Shown here: piece by piece, positions 11,564 through 24,104 of the stretch
Numbering within the stretch: position 1 is the first letter of the stretch
Layout of the letters: every line of letters starts with the position of its first letter
DNA from: Gonapodya sp. JEL0774
Lineage: Eukaryota
DNA: 53,704 nucleotides
Reading direction: 5' to 3'
Assembly: GCA_027604505.1 (NCBI GenBank)
Contig: JADIIX010000069.1
Span: 62,001 to 115,704, forward strand
The notes under the pieces: generated by a model
The model's input: only the letters and a program-made list of their open reading frames with translations
What the model was told of the DNA's origin: nothing
The model's database searches: none
Translations under genes and position numbers: made by a program

Positions 11564-14148
11564 ATGTTAACACGAACTCCCGCCGCGATTGCCAGAGGTC
11601 GCACACGGGTAAGCTTCAACTATTTTTTCTCCTCTTCATGTGCTGGAGATGGTGGATGGGAGGGCTCAAAATTGAGCTCTTCACCGCCGCCGCTCAGCTG
11701 CGCCAAATGAGGGTCACAGAAGTTATCATGGTTAACAATTCTGTTTGATCGAACTGCTGCAACTGTAGATGAAAAGTATGAACCCCTGGCGAATCGCGCC
11801 TGTCGTGTCAGGTCGATTCAGCACTGCCGAGTCTGCAACCGAACCTAATTTCTTCGAAAGCGTCGAAATTTACTTTGATAGGGCGGCAAAAGTGTCGAAA
11901 GTTGCACCAGCAACAGTGGCTCATATCAAGGCAGTAGACAAAAGTTCGTATTTGACTTTGGAGCTTGTGTCAGTGGGCTGAATACCTTTGCTAATTCCTC
12001 TCGCAGTCCTGACAACGACATTTCCTATTGAGAAGTCGGATGGAACAGTGGAAGTGATCACTGCATATCGAGCTCAGCACTCCACACATACGTTACCCAC
12101 GAAAGGTAAGTTGAAACTCAGCGAGGCTGGAACGGCAGGGGCAAACGTTCTTTCTTTCGAAACCGAAAGGTGGCATTCGGTTTTCGAAGCATGTTGACCT
12201 CCAAGAAGTTTGCGCTCTTGCGTCTCTCATGACGTACAAGTGTGCAGTGGTTGACGTGCCTTTCGGTAAGTGGCTCCTGGTTTTCACCCCCAGAGAAGCT
12301 GGGATTCTTTTGCTTTTGTTTATTAGGCGGTGCGAAGGGCGGCATTTGCATCAACCCAAAAGAGTACAACGTGCAAGAAATTGAACGAATCACGCGGCGT
12401 TACACGCTCGAGTTGTGCCAAAAGGTATGTGCTCAAATTCGATCAAACGTTTTGTAGCATCCCATTTCACCACCTTAACAAACGCAGAACTTTATTGGCC
12501 CTGGAGTCGACGTCCCGGCTCCAGATGTGGGAACTGGTCCACGTGAAATGGCCTGGATCGTGTGAGATTCGCCATCACCTGTATGGCCCCAGAATGAAGT
12601 CTCATACGCCCGCACTGTTGCAGAGACACGTATCGCCAGTTCTTTCCTCGGGAGACAGACACAGCTGCCTGCGTGACTGGAAAACCACTTCACCAAGGGG
12701 GTGTTAGAGGTAGAAATGAAGCAACTGGGTTAGGGGTATACTATGGTGGGCTTCTATCCTCGTATTGTTGCACAAGTTGTCGCCGGTTGCGCTCAAACCA
12801 GATTGCAGGCGTCAACGAGTTCCTGCGTTTCGCGGAAGTTCAGAAAGCTACTGGACTAAGTCCTGGACTTTCGGGGAAAACCGTGGTGGTACAAGGATTT
12901 GGGAATGTTGGCTTGTGGACCGCTCGATTCTTTTGTGGGTGATACGGAATAGCAACATGCTTGATTGTTGAAATGCTAATCAATTTTTGCTGCAAAGACG
13001 ATAACGGCGCTAAGATCATCGGGATCGGTGAAGTGCGCTCTTCCACGCTACGCATTATATGGGGTACTTCTAACTCTTCAACCTCGGAATCAGTGGGACA
13101 CATATGTGTACAATGAAAATGGTCTCGACATTCCAAATCTTTTCAAGCACAAGCAGGCCAATGGATCCTTCAAGGGCTTTTCTGGCGGAAAGGTCGTCAC
13201 AGAAAACCTTCACGAAGTTCTTGAACTGGAATGTGATATTTTGATTCCGGCCGCTCTTGAAAGACAGCTTAATAAAGGTGAGTACACAAATTTGGGTTGA
13301 TTGATATTTCCACTGTAACAATAGTACGCTTGGGTCGTACTTCCAGGTAACGCTGATAGGATCAAAGCGAAAATTGTTGCGGAGGCGGCTAATGGCCCAA
13401 CGACGGTGATTTGATTTCGGACAATATTAACGCTTCGTTTTGTTTGACCGACCAATTTGCTCTTGGAAGCCTGCTGCGCATGACGTGCTGGTGTCGCGCG
13501 GGATCGTTGTCATACCAGACATGTATTTGAACGCGGGCGGTGTGACGGTTGGTCTCCTTTGTCTCGATATCCACAACAGCGTTATGTTTATACGTCCTTT
13601 ATCTTCCTCCTTCCCTTTGAAAAGGTTTCATATTTTGAGTAAGATCCATTGTCACTCCTTCTTCCAGTCGCATGTTTTAATGCGTCTTATCTCATACACG
13701 TCAAGATGGCTCAAGAACCTGAGTCATGTTCGCTTTGGTAGAATGACTCACAAATGGGAGGAGGGAGCGAATGAGCGAATTATAAAACTGGGTGAGCACA
13801 TGTTTTTGGCGATTACCCAGTTGACGTGTCTGCATCGAAACTTTCTTTAGTTGAGGACATGGCTGGACGAAAGCTGGGAGAAGCAGAGAAAAGGAATGCA
13901 ATTGCCGGGGCTGAGGAGCAAGACATTGTGTACTCGGGATTGGAAGATACGATGGCGACCGCAGCGAGGTCTATCGCCAAAGTGGCCGGCGAGCGTCAGG
14001 TGGACTACAGGACGGCTGCTTTCATCGTCGCCCTGGAAAAGGTTGCTGCGATTTACGAGGCTTCGGTGAGTGTTTCGAACATGGAACTCTTGAATCCGAG
14101 TCTAATGGAAGCGTTCGTCTGTAGGGCATTATGTTTATGAATAATTAG
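11564..14148 (+). CDS. GLUD1: Glutamate dehydrogenase, animal/ciliate (GLUD1-like) type, probably mitochondrial; 16 exons
   Basis: Spliced motifs: [133 protein letters not shown]. All 15 introns keep the frame. Stop at 14146-14148. Confidence 0.95.
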
Positions 14149-14246
14149 GAGCAAGCATATGCCCAATAACAAAACATCCGAACCCTGTCTATCGCTAGCC
14201 ACGAAACATTCTTTGATTCCTTAGTCATAAGAAACTCCTTTCCAGG

Positions 14247-14337
14247 GTGAACTGTTGTGCCCATGCATGTGATTCTGATGAACGTAAGGATAAGTTGTAC
14301 CGCGATTGCAGTGTGAACTGTTGTGCCCATGCATGTG
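14247..14337. repeat. 25-bp perfect direct repeat, 66-nt period
   Basis: gtgaactgttgtgcccatgcatgtg occurs at 14247-14271 and 14313-14337. Confidence 0.9.
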
Positions 14338-15394
14338 CTCCATTTGCAGTACTCTCTTTGCAGGAGAAGCCTCGCAGATACCTAGGGGCACTAACTACTT
14401 GTGCTGAGCACAATGGTGAATAATTCGGCGTTCAGCACTACTCTCAAGTCGAATAGGACATACCGTTGCGTTTCCCGGGAGAGAATATGAAAACTAGGGT
14501 TTGGAATCTGTCCCCGTTGTCAATGCGAACGTCATCCTTCGTATTTTATCCAACTGAAAGTTTCAGTGATGTTCATTCATCTCACAAGCAATAGCAGTTA
14601 GTGCGGAAAGGGTATTTGACGTTTTTCCCATCTTGCTTGTTCCTTTTTTCTTACTCCGACCAATAACAAACAACAATAAGCACACTCCGCATTTTTGGTT
14701 CTCTATCTCCCTTGAGCAAGAACCAGCTTACCAGGGGATGTTTGGCACTCTGACCAACGTGACTCTCTATCTGTGGATGGAAGTACACACTTTCCAATCC
14801 CCTGGATACGCTTGAGAATATAATTTTGTTATGGAGTAGAAATGAAGGGTTCAATTACGGAATATCGATGTTCTGTATCTCCGGCAGGGACGAGACCACC
14901 CGTGACGACAGAGCCGTCCGTTGTCGATAACTGTCGATAATCATAATATCCAGTCCCCGCTTTGACACCAACAAACAACAGCCAGCTGTCAAGTCCCTGT
15001 TCGACCAGCGGAAGAGCTGCGCTCAAGCGCGAATAAATGCCCCCTCTGTGCAAGGTGGGCCCTGTCTGTGCTGATATCGATAGCAGGGTCTTCCTGAGTG
15101 GCTTCCGCCCAAATCTCCAACCTACGATTGCGCTTCTGACTCACATTTCTTTTCCATTTTGGACGCATTTGCCGATCCGTACCCTGGAATCCGAAATCGG
15201 CTGCCGTACATAACCCCCAATTTTGGGGTTCCGGGGTAATTTCAATTTCCCTGAGCCAGCCAGCTTCACAGGACGAAGCGTGCTCCGGATTTCTTGTTAG
15301 CTCCGAATCAACTACGGTTGCGGACGCAGCGCTGACATCTTCTGCTTCGCAGCCAATCGGGATCGTCCCCTCTCTGCCGGCCCGAACGGTTTGG

Positions 15395-17526
15395 ATGCTC
15401 AAGCGTGCGTTACTTGCCATCGTTCCCCATTCTTTTCCAATCATGCTAGAACGTTCCTGTTCTTCAATGATTGCAGGCCAGAACTCTCCCCCGCAGCCCT
15501 CTTCACCATCAGTGGCGTCCTCCCAAACCAACACCAACACCGAATCCTTCAATCCCGTCGTTCTGTACGCAACAATCCCCGTGGCTACCGTAATCTTACT
15601 GGCGGTATTTTTCGGGGTTCTTGCATGGCTTGCCCGTCGGAAAGGAAAGGATGCTCCAAAATGGTTGGGAGCACTCAAGCTCCGACGGGGAAAACTTCCG
15701 AATGGGCACACGAACGCAGAGCAGGATCTCACGGAAATGAAGAACAGTGAGCTGGTGCTGTGTCAAGTATTCTCGGATTGACAAAGTGGACTAAACAGAA
15801 AACCCCCTCAAATTGATTCATAACCAGCTGTTGGCGATGATGTCGGCGAAGGCAGCTTAAGCCTGGACAGAACCACGGCGGTCAATGCAAGTTTTGGTGT
15901 AAACTTGTTTGATCGGAGGTTTCGGCCTTTAATTCCTATAATTCCCTCGGGTTTGTCATCAGTCACCGACACGAGACGGCGCTGCATTCCTCCTCAACGG
16001 TCACAAGGTAGCCGAGCTTTGGAGTACGGTCGACAATAACACCGATAGGAAATTGTCTGTTGAGCAAAGTTTGGACTCGCGCAGTCATGCGGAGCAAGCT
16101 ACTGTGATCGATTCTCCGGACAGAGAAGACGACTTGAAGACTGTGTCGGAGGCTCATGAGGTAACTTCCCCTCAGACTCCAACAGCCAGGAACAATACCA
16201 CGGATTCGACGGGTATGTTAAATGATTGCCGGATCGAGTTGAGTGGGTTGCCTATGTTCCCACCGTCAAAACTCCCTTTCTTCAGCCACTCTCGACGACG
16301 ACGCTGCTGCAGGTCTTACTCGCCGGAACAATAAATCTCGCTTGTCTGACCACCTTCGAATCTCATGGGGCGAAGCGGTGGGAAACCGCCGTCGTCCTGG
16401 AAGTCCGAGCTTTGATACTTCTGTTGTTGCACCACTGGTTCACGCAGGATCAGAGAGCTCCATCAATGGAACAAACTGCACGAACGGTACAAACTATGCT
16501 GGTGATGCAAATGATATGTCTGGTCCCCAGAAACCGGTACGCGCGAACTCCACACCAGGAGAGAGTACCAACTCTCTCCTCCCTCAGCCAACCAAACCTT
16601 CTTTTGTGAAAACCTCCACTGCGCCGCCTATCTTGGTCCTCCAGTCACCCACACCTACAACTATTACCGCAGGAGGTCGATTTCGCAGTCGCCATCGCTC
16701 CGACGATGACGTGGACTCCCCTGACGGCTCACCCAAACCAAATCCCTATATGCTCAGCGAATCCTTTTCTCATCTCTACTCCTCTTCGTCGTCCAACGTT
16801 CCTCGATCGCCAAGCTCGTCTGAGAGCGCGGGCTTGATGACTCCACCAATATCTGAATTATCGGCGGACTCCGCTAAGACCGAGAGAGATGCACGGCCCA
16901 ACCTCAATTATCGGCAAGCGTCCGACGACTCTATGTTACCTCTACCAAGCCCACCGTTGGAGCAGGACGGGAAAACTCTGAGTGGGACTATGTCACGTTC
17001 TCTCGGAGAATCGAACTCGAGTCGCCTGGATAGGAGTAACCCCCTCCGTTCCCCTCGCAAAGGTCGAGACGGGTCACCGGCCAAGGTTAGCCGCCGTTCT
17101 CAATCTCCCTCTGTTACCCGTGCAATCACGGATGGCATGTTGAGTGCAGGAGGTAGGGCGCCACGCTCCATTTCGATTTCGGACATGGACCGAGCAAGTT
17201 CGTCGTCTTCCCGACAATCCCGAACCTCTCAATCGAACCAAAGCAAAACCATTTCGAGTCGGTCAAAGTCACCTGCGGTCGCAACTTCTGTTACCGTAGA
17301 AACAGCAGCAGCGAAGAAGGAGGTAGAGAAGACGGCCTCTGGTTTCCTGGGATCACTGTTTGCGTTTGACGACGATGACGATGAGGACGAAAGTTTTCAA
17401 TACTTGGACTCAAAGCCGAGCGCGGCCATGGTCGGGGCAGGGAGCGGTGGAAAAAGTGGTTCGCAAAGCAAAGTCGGCGTAACGACACCCCCTTTACATA
17501 AGTCGGCGTCGCGAAAGGCACTGTAA
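15395..17526 (+). CDS. Single-pass membrane protein with long S/P/R-rich disordered tail; function unknown
   Basis: Hydrophobic helix VVLYATIPVATVILLAVFFGVLAWLA is followed by basic RRKGK. GT-AG introns link ORFs 15395.., 16053.. and 16243..17526. The start codon could be a later ATG. Confidence 0.7.
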
Positions 17527-17718
17527 ACATGGGCTGCCACCCTATTGGAAGTACCACCCGCGTACGACTGGGAACTTTGAATATAAAATGTTTTGGGTAA
17601 ACGTACTAGATACCTACAGGGACAGTTGCTGAGATTTGTATTTACGAGCGAAAGTAGTAACCAATTATGTTTTAAAGTGATGCGGGCGCCTAGAACAGTG
17701 TCCTTGGGTTTGGTGGTT

Positions 17719-17739
17719 GGGGGGGGGGGGGGGGGGGGG
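17719..17739. repeat. Poly-G tract (G21)
   Basis: 21 consecutive G ending ~57 nt upstream of the ATG at 17796. Confidence 0.9.
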
Positions 17740-17795
17740 TTGATGACGGCACGAGTTGCTTGGCCAGCCGGTTTTGAATTTAAATTTCGAAGATT

Positions 17796-20700
17796 ATGGA
17801 CCGAGGCAAAAGATGCCGGCTCTGGGTCCGAGAGAGCGAAAATTCCCGATCGCTAGTTCTGGCGCCGGAGGACGACGATGCGCTCTTCGCGCTCAGGTTC
17901 TCGAAATCAGAAATGTCCTCACGCCCGAAGGACGGCGCTGGGTCAAACATGCAAGGGAATACACTGGAGCAGGGATTCAATTCTCGACCGCCTACCCCAG
18001 CCCAATCTGTGCCGACTGGTTTTCCGACTGTCAGCTCACTGACAGCAGCTTTCGTCCAGAAGTCGACCCTGGCATTGGAATCAACTCACAAAACTTTAAT
18101 GGATGTGTCGTACGGCTGCCTAGGTGAGATCAAGTGCGCGTGTAATGTAGTATGATTGCTTGTGAAATTCATATCATCGACCGTGCATCCAAGGACTCGT
18201 CTCCGTGGGAAGTGATGTATTCCTGGGACTGATTTCGGAGGCGGACTTAGTGGGAGATGTGTTCGAAAAGCCAGTTTTTAAGGTACGCTGACTTTCTGTT
18301 AAATATCTCAAGTTCAAATGTCTCCCTCATGTTGGGTGGGATCGCGATTGTTTAGGTCACTGCCGTAAGCTTTTTTTCGCTGACCACAAAGAAGTATGAC
18401 CTTCATCATGTCAAACAAGCGTCCTCGAGTCTTAGAGCAGATGAGGAGAATCCGAATGCACAACCTGTCCAACATCCGTGCCAGGACCTGATTGTGAGTT
18501 GAAACAGTGTGTGCTGTGCTGAAGAGGTCAATATTTGCTGATCGGACCCAATGACTCCCCCAACTTCTACTCCAAAGAAATATCTTTCATCGGGTGCCTT
18601 CTTTTTTTCTCCGGCACTAGATCTCACTCGCTCGACGCAGCGACGTCTCGCGGATCTGTCTGCCGACATACCACAGCCAACCGCTGCACGGCCCTTCCCC
18701 AGCAACTCCAGCGGTGGTCCCATCGTCTCAGCCAATTCTCCACTCACTTCTATATACTCGATGGAGCGTGTCGACGAATATTTCTTCTGGAACTCATATC
18801 TTATGCGAGAGCTTCTGAACTTCCGAAGCAATCTGTTCGAAGAGGAGCGTAGCACGTTAGACCGCGAAGGAATTCTGGTGGCTCTTATTCAAGGCTTCGT
18901 CGGCGTGAGCACGACTTATATCCCCGAAATCGCGAAGCATTACAAGGTTGCACTGATATCGAGACTGAGCGCGAAGCGTGCAGGCACCAGATTCTCGACG
19001 CGAGGACTGGACGACGATGGATATGCCGCCAATTTTGTGGAGACAGGTGCGATAATTATCCGATGTCTGCAATCAAGTGTAGTGGCCTGACGGAACATTT
19101 GGGACGAAGAACTTATCGTTCAGGAAGGAAACCGGACGTTCGCTTATCAAATACTCCGAGGGTCTGTTCCTAGTAAGCAAAACTTTACGCTCCGCCAAGC
19201 TGCCGACTTTCTAGTGTCAACCTATGGTGCTCTTAGTCTTTTGGGAGCAACCCGGCTTTCAAGCCCTCGTTCCTCGCATCGAGATTGCGCGTGAATTCGA
19301 GGCCACTCAACCCGCTTTTCGAAGCCATTTTGAAGCTCTTGTTTCCCGATACGACGCACTGTACATCGTAAACCTCTTGAGCCAGAAGGACAAGGATCAG
19401 GGCGCTCAAGGTGGCTCCGAAGGTCAACTTGCCTATTGGTACCGTACACATGTGGAAAAGAGCTTGGGGTCTAATATCCGAGAACATGTCCAGATGAGTG
19501 AGTTTGGATGTTTGTGAGTGATGCGCCAATGGCCGCTCATGTCTGCCGTCACCCCCGCATAGTCGACTTTGATTTTCACTCCAAAGTGAAAGTCGCCGGT
19601 CTATCTGCCATAAACCAATTTGCTGACGAATTGGTTGACAGAACCATAAAAGGGTTCGGAGTGAGTGCAGGAGAGAATCTGGGTTTTCGCGTGCATTACC
19701 TTTCCACTCATTCTCTCACAGTATCTTGAGGTAGAGGATCCCCGTAATATTAAACTACAACAAACAGGAGTGTTTAGAGTCAATTGCCTGGACTGTTTGG
19801 ATCGCACAAGGTGCGGTTACATGCCGCTTCCCAAAAACCGGACGGCTTTCTTCTGACTTTTCGGTTTAGTGTCACCCAAGAAAAGATTGCCCGCTATGTT
19901 TTGGAGCATTTTGTTACGTCAACAGGCGTTCGCTTCATGGATAAGCCGAGCCTGAAGTATTCTCCTGATGAACCGTACCAAACTCCTGGGATCTTCTCAG
20001 ACGACCAGTTTGCACAGGATTGGAACAATGTGAGTTTTGTTGTCACTAAATCTCAAGAACGACTTTCCCTCCAGAATTGCGTTTCCGGTTTGTGCTTGAT
20101 CAGCTGTGGGCGGACAATGCCGATTATTTGAGCAGAATTTATGCCGGCACTGGAGCGCTCAAGTCTTCGGCGACCCGGCACGGCAAGCAAACTTGGGCAG
20201 GATTACTGGATGAGTGAGTCTGTTGTCTCGTTTTGTATCATTGGGTGCGGTTTTACCGTGCATCATTCTTATTGAAGCGCTATCAAATCTGGTACTCGGT
20301 TGGTCGTCAACAACGTATTTGACAAGAGCCGGCAAGAAACCATTAACTTACTACTTGGGAGGTCGGAGCAGTCCACTACGTTGCTCTTGCACGATCCTGT
20401 GCATGAGTCTGTCAAGGCGGAAATCCAAAGTAGATTGTCCGAGTACTCTGTAGAAGGAACGGCGCTGATTCAAGTTGGAACGTGGAACTTGAATGGCATG
20501 TAAGTGCTTTTGGCGTTTCGTGAGCCATCCTCGCCTCATGCGACCAACTCCTGGTAGCGAGCCATCTGAAATCGAGCATCCTCCCGGTCTGAGCCCTTGG
20601 ATTGATACATCCAGCGTAACTTCCGAGCCCCCAGACATTATTGCAATTGCTTTCCAGGAGATTGTGGAATTGACTGCCCAGACGATTGTTTCTACCGACC

Positions 20701-22923
20701 CAGCGCAAAGGTTTGCTGGTGCTTGTATTCCTCTCACATGGAATTCCAACTGAAGAAGAACTTTTCTCAGAGCGGCATGGGAGGAGAAATTGAAAATTGG
20801 CATCATTGAAACGAAGAAAGTCGATTACGTTTTGTTGAGATCAGTGCAACTAGTTGGGGCATCGTTGTCACTGGTAAGCCATGCAAGTGACTCCCGCTAC
20901 CTGGTCAGAAGCTCATCACATATGTTGCAATCAAGTTTGTGAGGAGCAACATTGTTGATCGAATTCGGAAGGTGGAAACTGGAATCATGAAAACGGGGCT
21001 TTGGGGCTCTACTGGCAATAAAGGTTGGTGTTGCTGGAGCCGTTGCCCCGAAATCTATTTGCTCAGTTCCATTTTGGTCTTAGGCGGCGTCGCGATTCGT
21101 TTGGACTATTACGACACGAGCATTTGCATCGTAACTGCGCATCTCGCAGCGGGTCATTCGAACGTGGAAGATCGGCATTCTGACTATCACACAATTCAAG
21201 AGGGATTGCGCTTTCGAAATGGAAGACGGATTGATGATCACCAGTAAGTTTTTTATGTCGGACCTATTGTATGCGTCGAATCAAATTATGTTGATGCCTT
21301 GTGAATGAAAGACTCGTTATATGGGCTGGTGATTTCAATTACCGCATTGACATGGAGAACGATATCGTTCGGGACCTCGTCAGAGTAGGGGATCTTGCAC
21401 CCTTAAGGGTCAATGACCAGGTTTGTCACCCTAAACTCTTGGATCTGGCGGTTCCTGTTTGACGTCAATCTGTTCACTTCCGATCGGTAGCTGTTAAATG
21501 CGATGTACCAGAAACGTGTCTTTCGAGGATACACTGAAGGCGATATTACATTCAAACCGACCTACAAATACAACAGTGAGTCTCGTGCAGCCATGAGGTT
21601 TTTCACCGAAGTGTCACCTCGTTTCCTGGTCATAGATGGTACCGACACGTATGATACAAGGTGAGGGAGGAGTCGCACGTCACGCGACCGTGCTGCAAAA
21701 ACCTAGTTGAACGTTTCCACTTTCTAGTGAAAAGAACAGAATTCCCGCGTGGTGCGATCGCATTCTTTACCGGCCGAAGGAAAGACTGCAACTGTATGAG
21801 TACACCACTGCGGATATCTTCACATCAGACCACCGGCCCGTCAAAGCACTCTTTCGCGCAAAAGTAACCATTGTCGACCGAAAAAAGTTGAAAGCCATTG
21901 AAGCAGAAGCCCGTTCACAAACTCGTGGCGTCGTAAAAAGTACTCCAATTGGCGATGCCTTTACCGGCCAATTAATAGAATTGGACCAACCGACACCGAA
22001 TCCATCGCCAGCACCAGTATCGACGCGATCACTTCCACCGCCATCAAGTGATGCCTATAAATGGTGGGAGACCCCCGTGGGAACGCAACAACGAGCCTCT
22101 GGTGAGACATCCCATCGTTATATGTACGTGCTTTGCTAGAATTTGAACGCCCGGTATCGTAAGAAGCACAATCATTCGAATCGGCACGAAGTTACAATAG
22201 CGTTCCGAGGCCAGCAGCGCTTTCAGGTATGTCGCCCAGTCTCATCACCACCCACCAACTGCCTTGCAGAGTCAACGGACATACTCCAATTACCCCTTAG
22301 CCGTGGCTACTCTGACTCCATCAATCGTTCAGCCATCTTCAGCAATTACTTCTTTGGACAAAGTGGTACCCGCTCCGCCACTCTCTCGGGCTTTACCGCC
22401 ACAATGGGCAACGTTTGAGGACAGTTCCTCTTCTGCTTCCTCCGTTTCAGCGTCACTGCCAGCGTCTTCATTCCCCTCAGTGCCACCACTAGCAACACAG
22501 TCACCTTCGAATCTCGCTTTCCCACTCACCCAACCTTCGACTTCCCAGTTCGCGAATCCATCTTTTGGCCAATCGCCTGTGTCGCTGGGGATTGCACCAC
22601 TGACACAAAACTTTACCACTGTGTTTCCTCAAACATCACCCTCTTCAGTTTCCAGTTTCGGCGCAAACCCTGCAGCGTTTTCTCTAAGCACACAACCATC
22701 CATATCACCTACACAGTTTGCGCCGATGCCTCCCGGAATATCGCCTGTTTCTTCTCAGTTCAGACCTGTATTGGTTCAATCATCAGGAATGTCCGTTGGT
22801 TTCCCCGTTGGATCCCCTCCTGGTAATCAGTGGAATTCAATTTCTGCACCGCTTATTCCAACGCCAGTACAAAACGGTTCCGCTCCCCTGGCGCATGACA
22901 GTAATAACGGCAGCTTGATATAG
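17796..22923 (+). CDS. Synaptojanin-like polyphosphoinositide phosphatase (Sac1 domain + inositol 5-phosphatase + proline-rich tail), INP52/INP53-like
   Basis: Sac1 motifs: [44 protein letters not shown] (intact CX5R), [14 protein letters not shown]. 5-phosphatase motifs: [54 protein letters not shown]. The final exon is P/S-rich, ending at 22923. Confidence 0.95.
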
Positions 22924-23014
22924 CTTCGCAATATATTGTATTTCACGTGGTGCACATCCACAACGAAGTCGCAACTGTGTCAGCCAGCCGTTCACTGATT
23001 CCCTCTCAGTTTGA

Positions 23015-24033
23015 ATGGCCGTTAACTTTGTGACACGAGTTAGTGATTCGTTAATGCGCATTAGGATCATTGGGAAATCGAGACTGCGCGATGTTCCTTC
23101 TAACTTGATTTATTCGTCGTTTGCGAACGAACCCACAGGAAACCCTCACAGATGTAGACAAGGAGCCGGATAACAACGCTGCACCTACTCCAGATTATGA
23201 TGTGAGAATTTCTCCCTTGGAATCATCCTGTCAGTTTCAATCCTGTGAATCGAAGTGACGAACTTCAGCCCATTCCGCTCTGGGAGAAACTGAAGAATCA
23301 AAAGGACGAGAAATTGCGACAGGAAGAAGATGATCGCAAGGTCAGCAATTCTTTCTGTAGCGTTCACGTTCACTTTGTGAGAACTGGATTCCTGCTGTTT
23401 AGTTTTCCAAGCTTATAAAGACTATCGATGAAGATGAGTTTGAATTCTTGCAACAACAGGATAAGGAACAACAAGAGAAGAAGAAGGTTCGTGGCGTCTG
23501 TCCTTCATTCTCACTTCGCACTTGTTTCGATGTCTCTCTCTTGCAGCTCACGGAACAGGAAACTCAGGTAGTTCACTCTCTTCATCATTCGACAGCTATC
23601 AAAAATTTCAAACTTGCAATTCCAGGCGGCGCTCGAGGTGTTTCGGCAGGAGAGTGTGTCGGCACGAAACGCCGGGCTCTCTACGACTTTGGTTCCGCCA
23701 AAGAAAGGTACAACTGCATTGCGGGACACTCAGCGAGAAATTTTGGGCGGAGTTGTCACGAAGAAGCGGAAGGAAGCACCTGGGTCTGAAAAGAAGGATA
23801 TTGTCGTGCGCGAAGGAGGTGAACCTTTCGAGAAATCCCAGCAATCGGGGAAAGATATAATGACCAGGAAAACGGAATCTCCGGCAGCCAAACGACATAA
23901 AGGTACCACGGAATCGTCGCCAGGTGCTCGGTCTCCCCCAAAGGACATGCAAACTTTATCGGTGAAGTGCGCGCGAGAGGCAAACTCGCTGTCGTTGTTG
24001 GCATCTTATAGTGATTCAGAAGAGGAAACGTGA
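23015..24033 (+). CDS. FYV6: FAM192A/Fyv6 (PSME3IP1/NIP30-family) splicing-associated protein
   Basis: Spliced MAVNFVTR|ETL..PDYD|PIPLWEKLKNQKDEKLRQEEDDRK|FSKLIKTIDEDEFEFLQQQDKEQQEKKK matches the family N-terminus (YDPRSLYERL..K..LDEDE..FL). C-terminus is SLLASYSDSEEET. Confidence 0.8.
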
Positions 24034-24104
24034 AAGGCGCAATTCTAGCTTGCCAAGGAGGCCATGTATCACGGCTGATGTCGACCAATGAAACAGCGTA
24101 TTTC

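Noticed and set aside
14247..14337. Repeat-spacer-repeat resembling a mini CRISPR array
   Set aside because: Only two copies, eukaryotic context, and no cas genes.
14989..15732. 247-aa minus-strand ORF
   Set aside because: Largely antisense to the membrane-protein gene and has no recognisable motifs.
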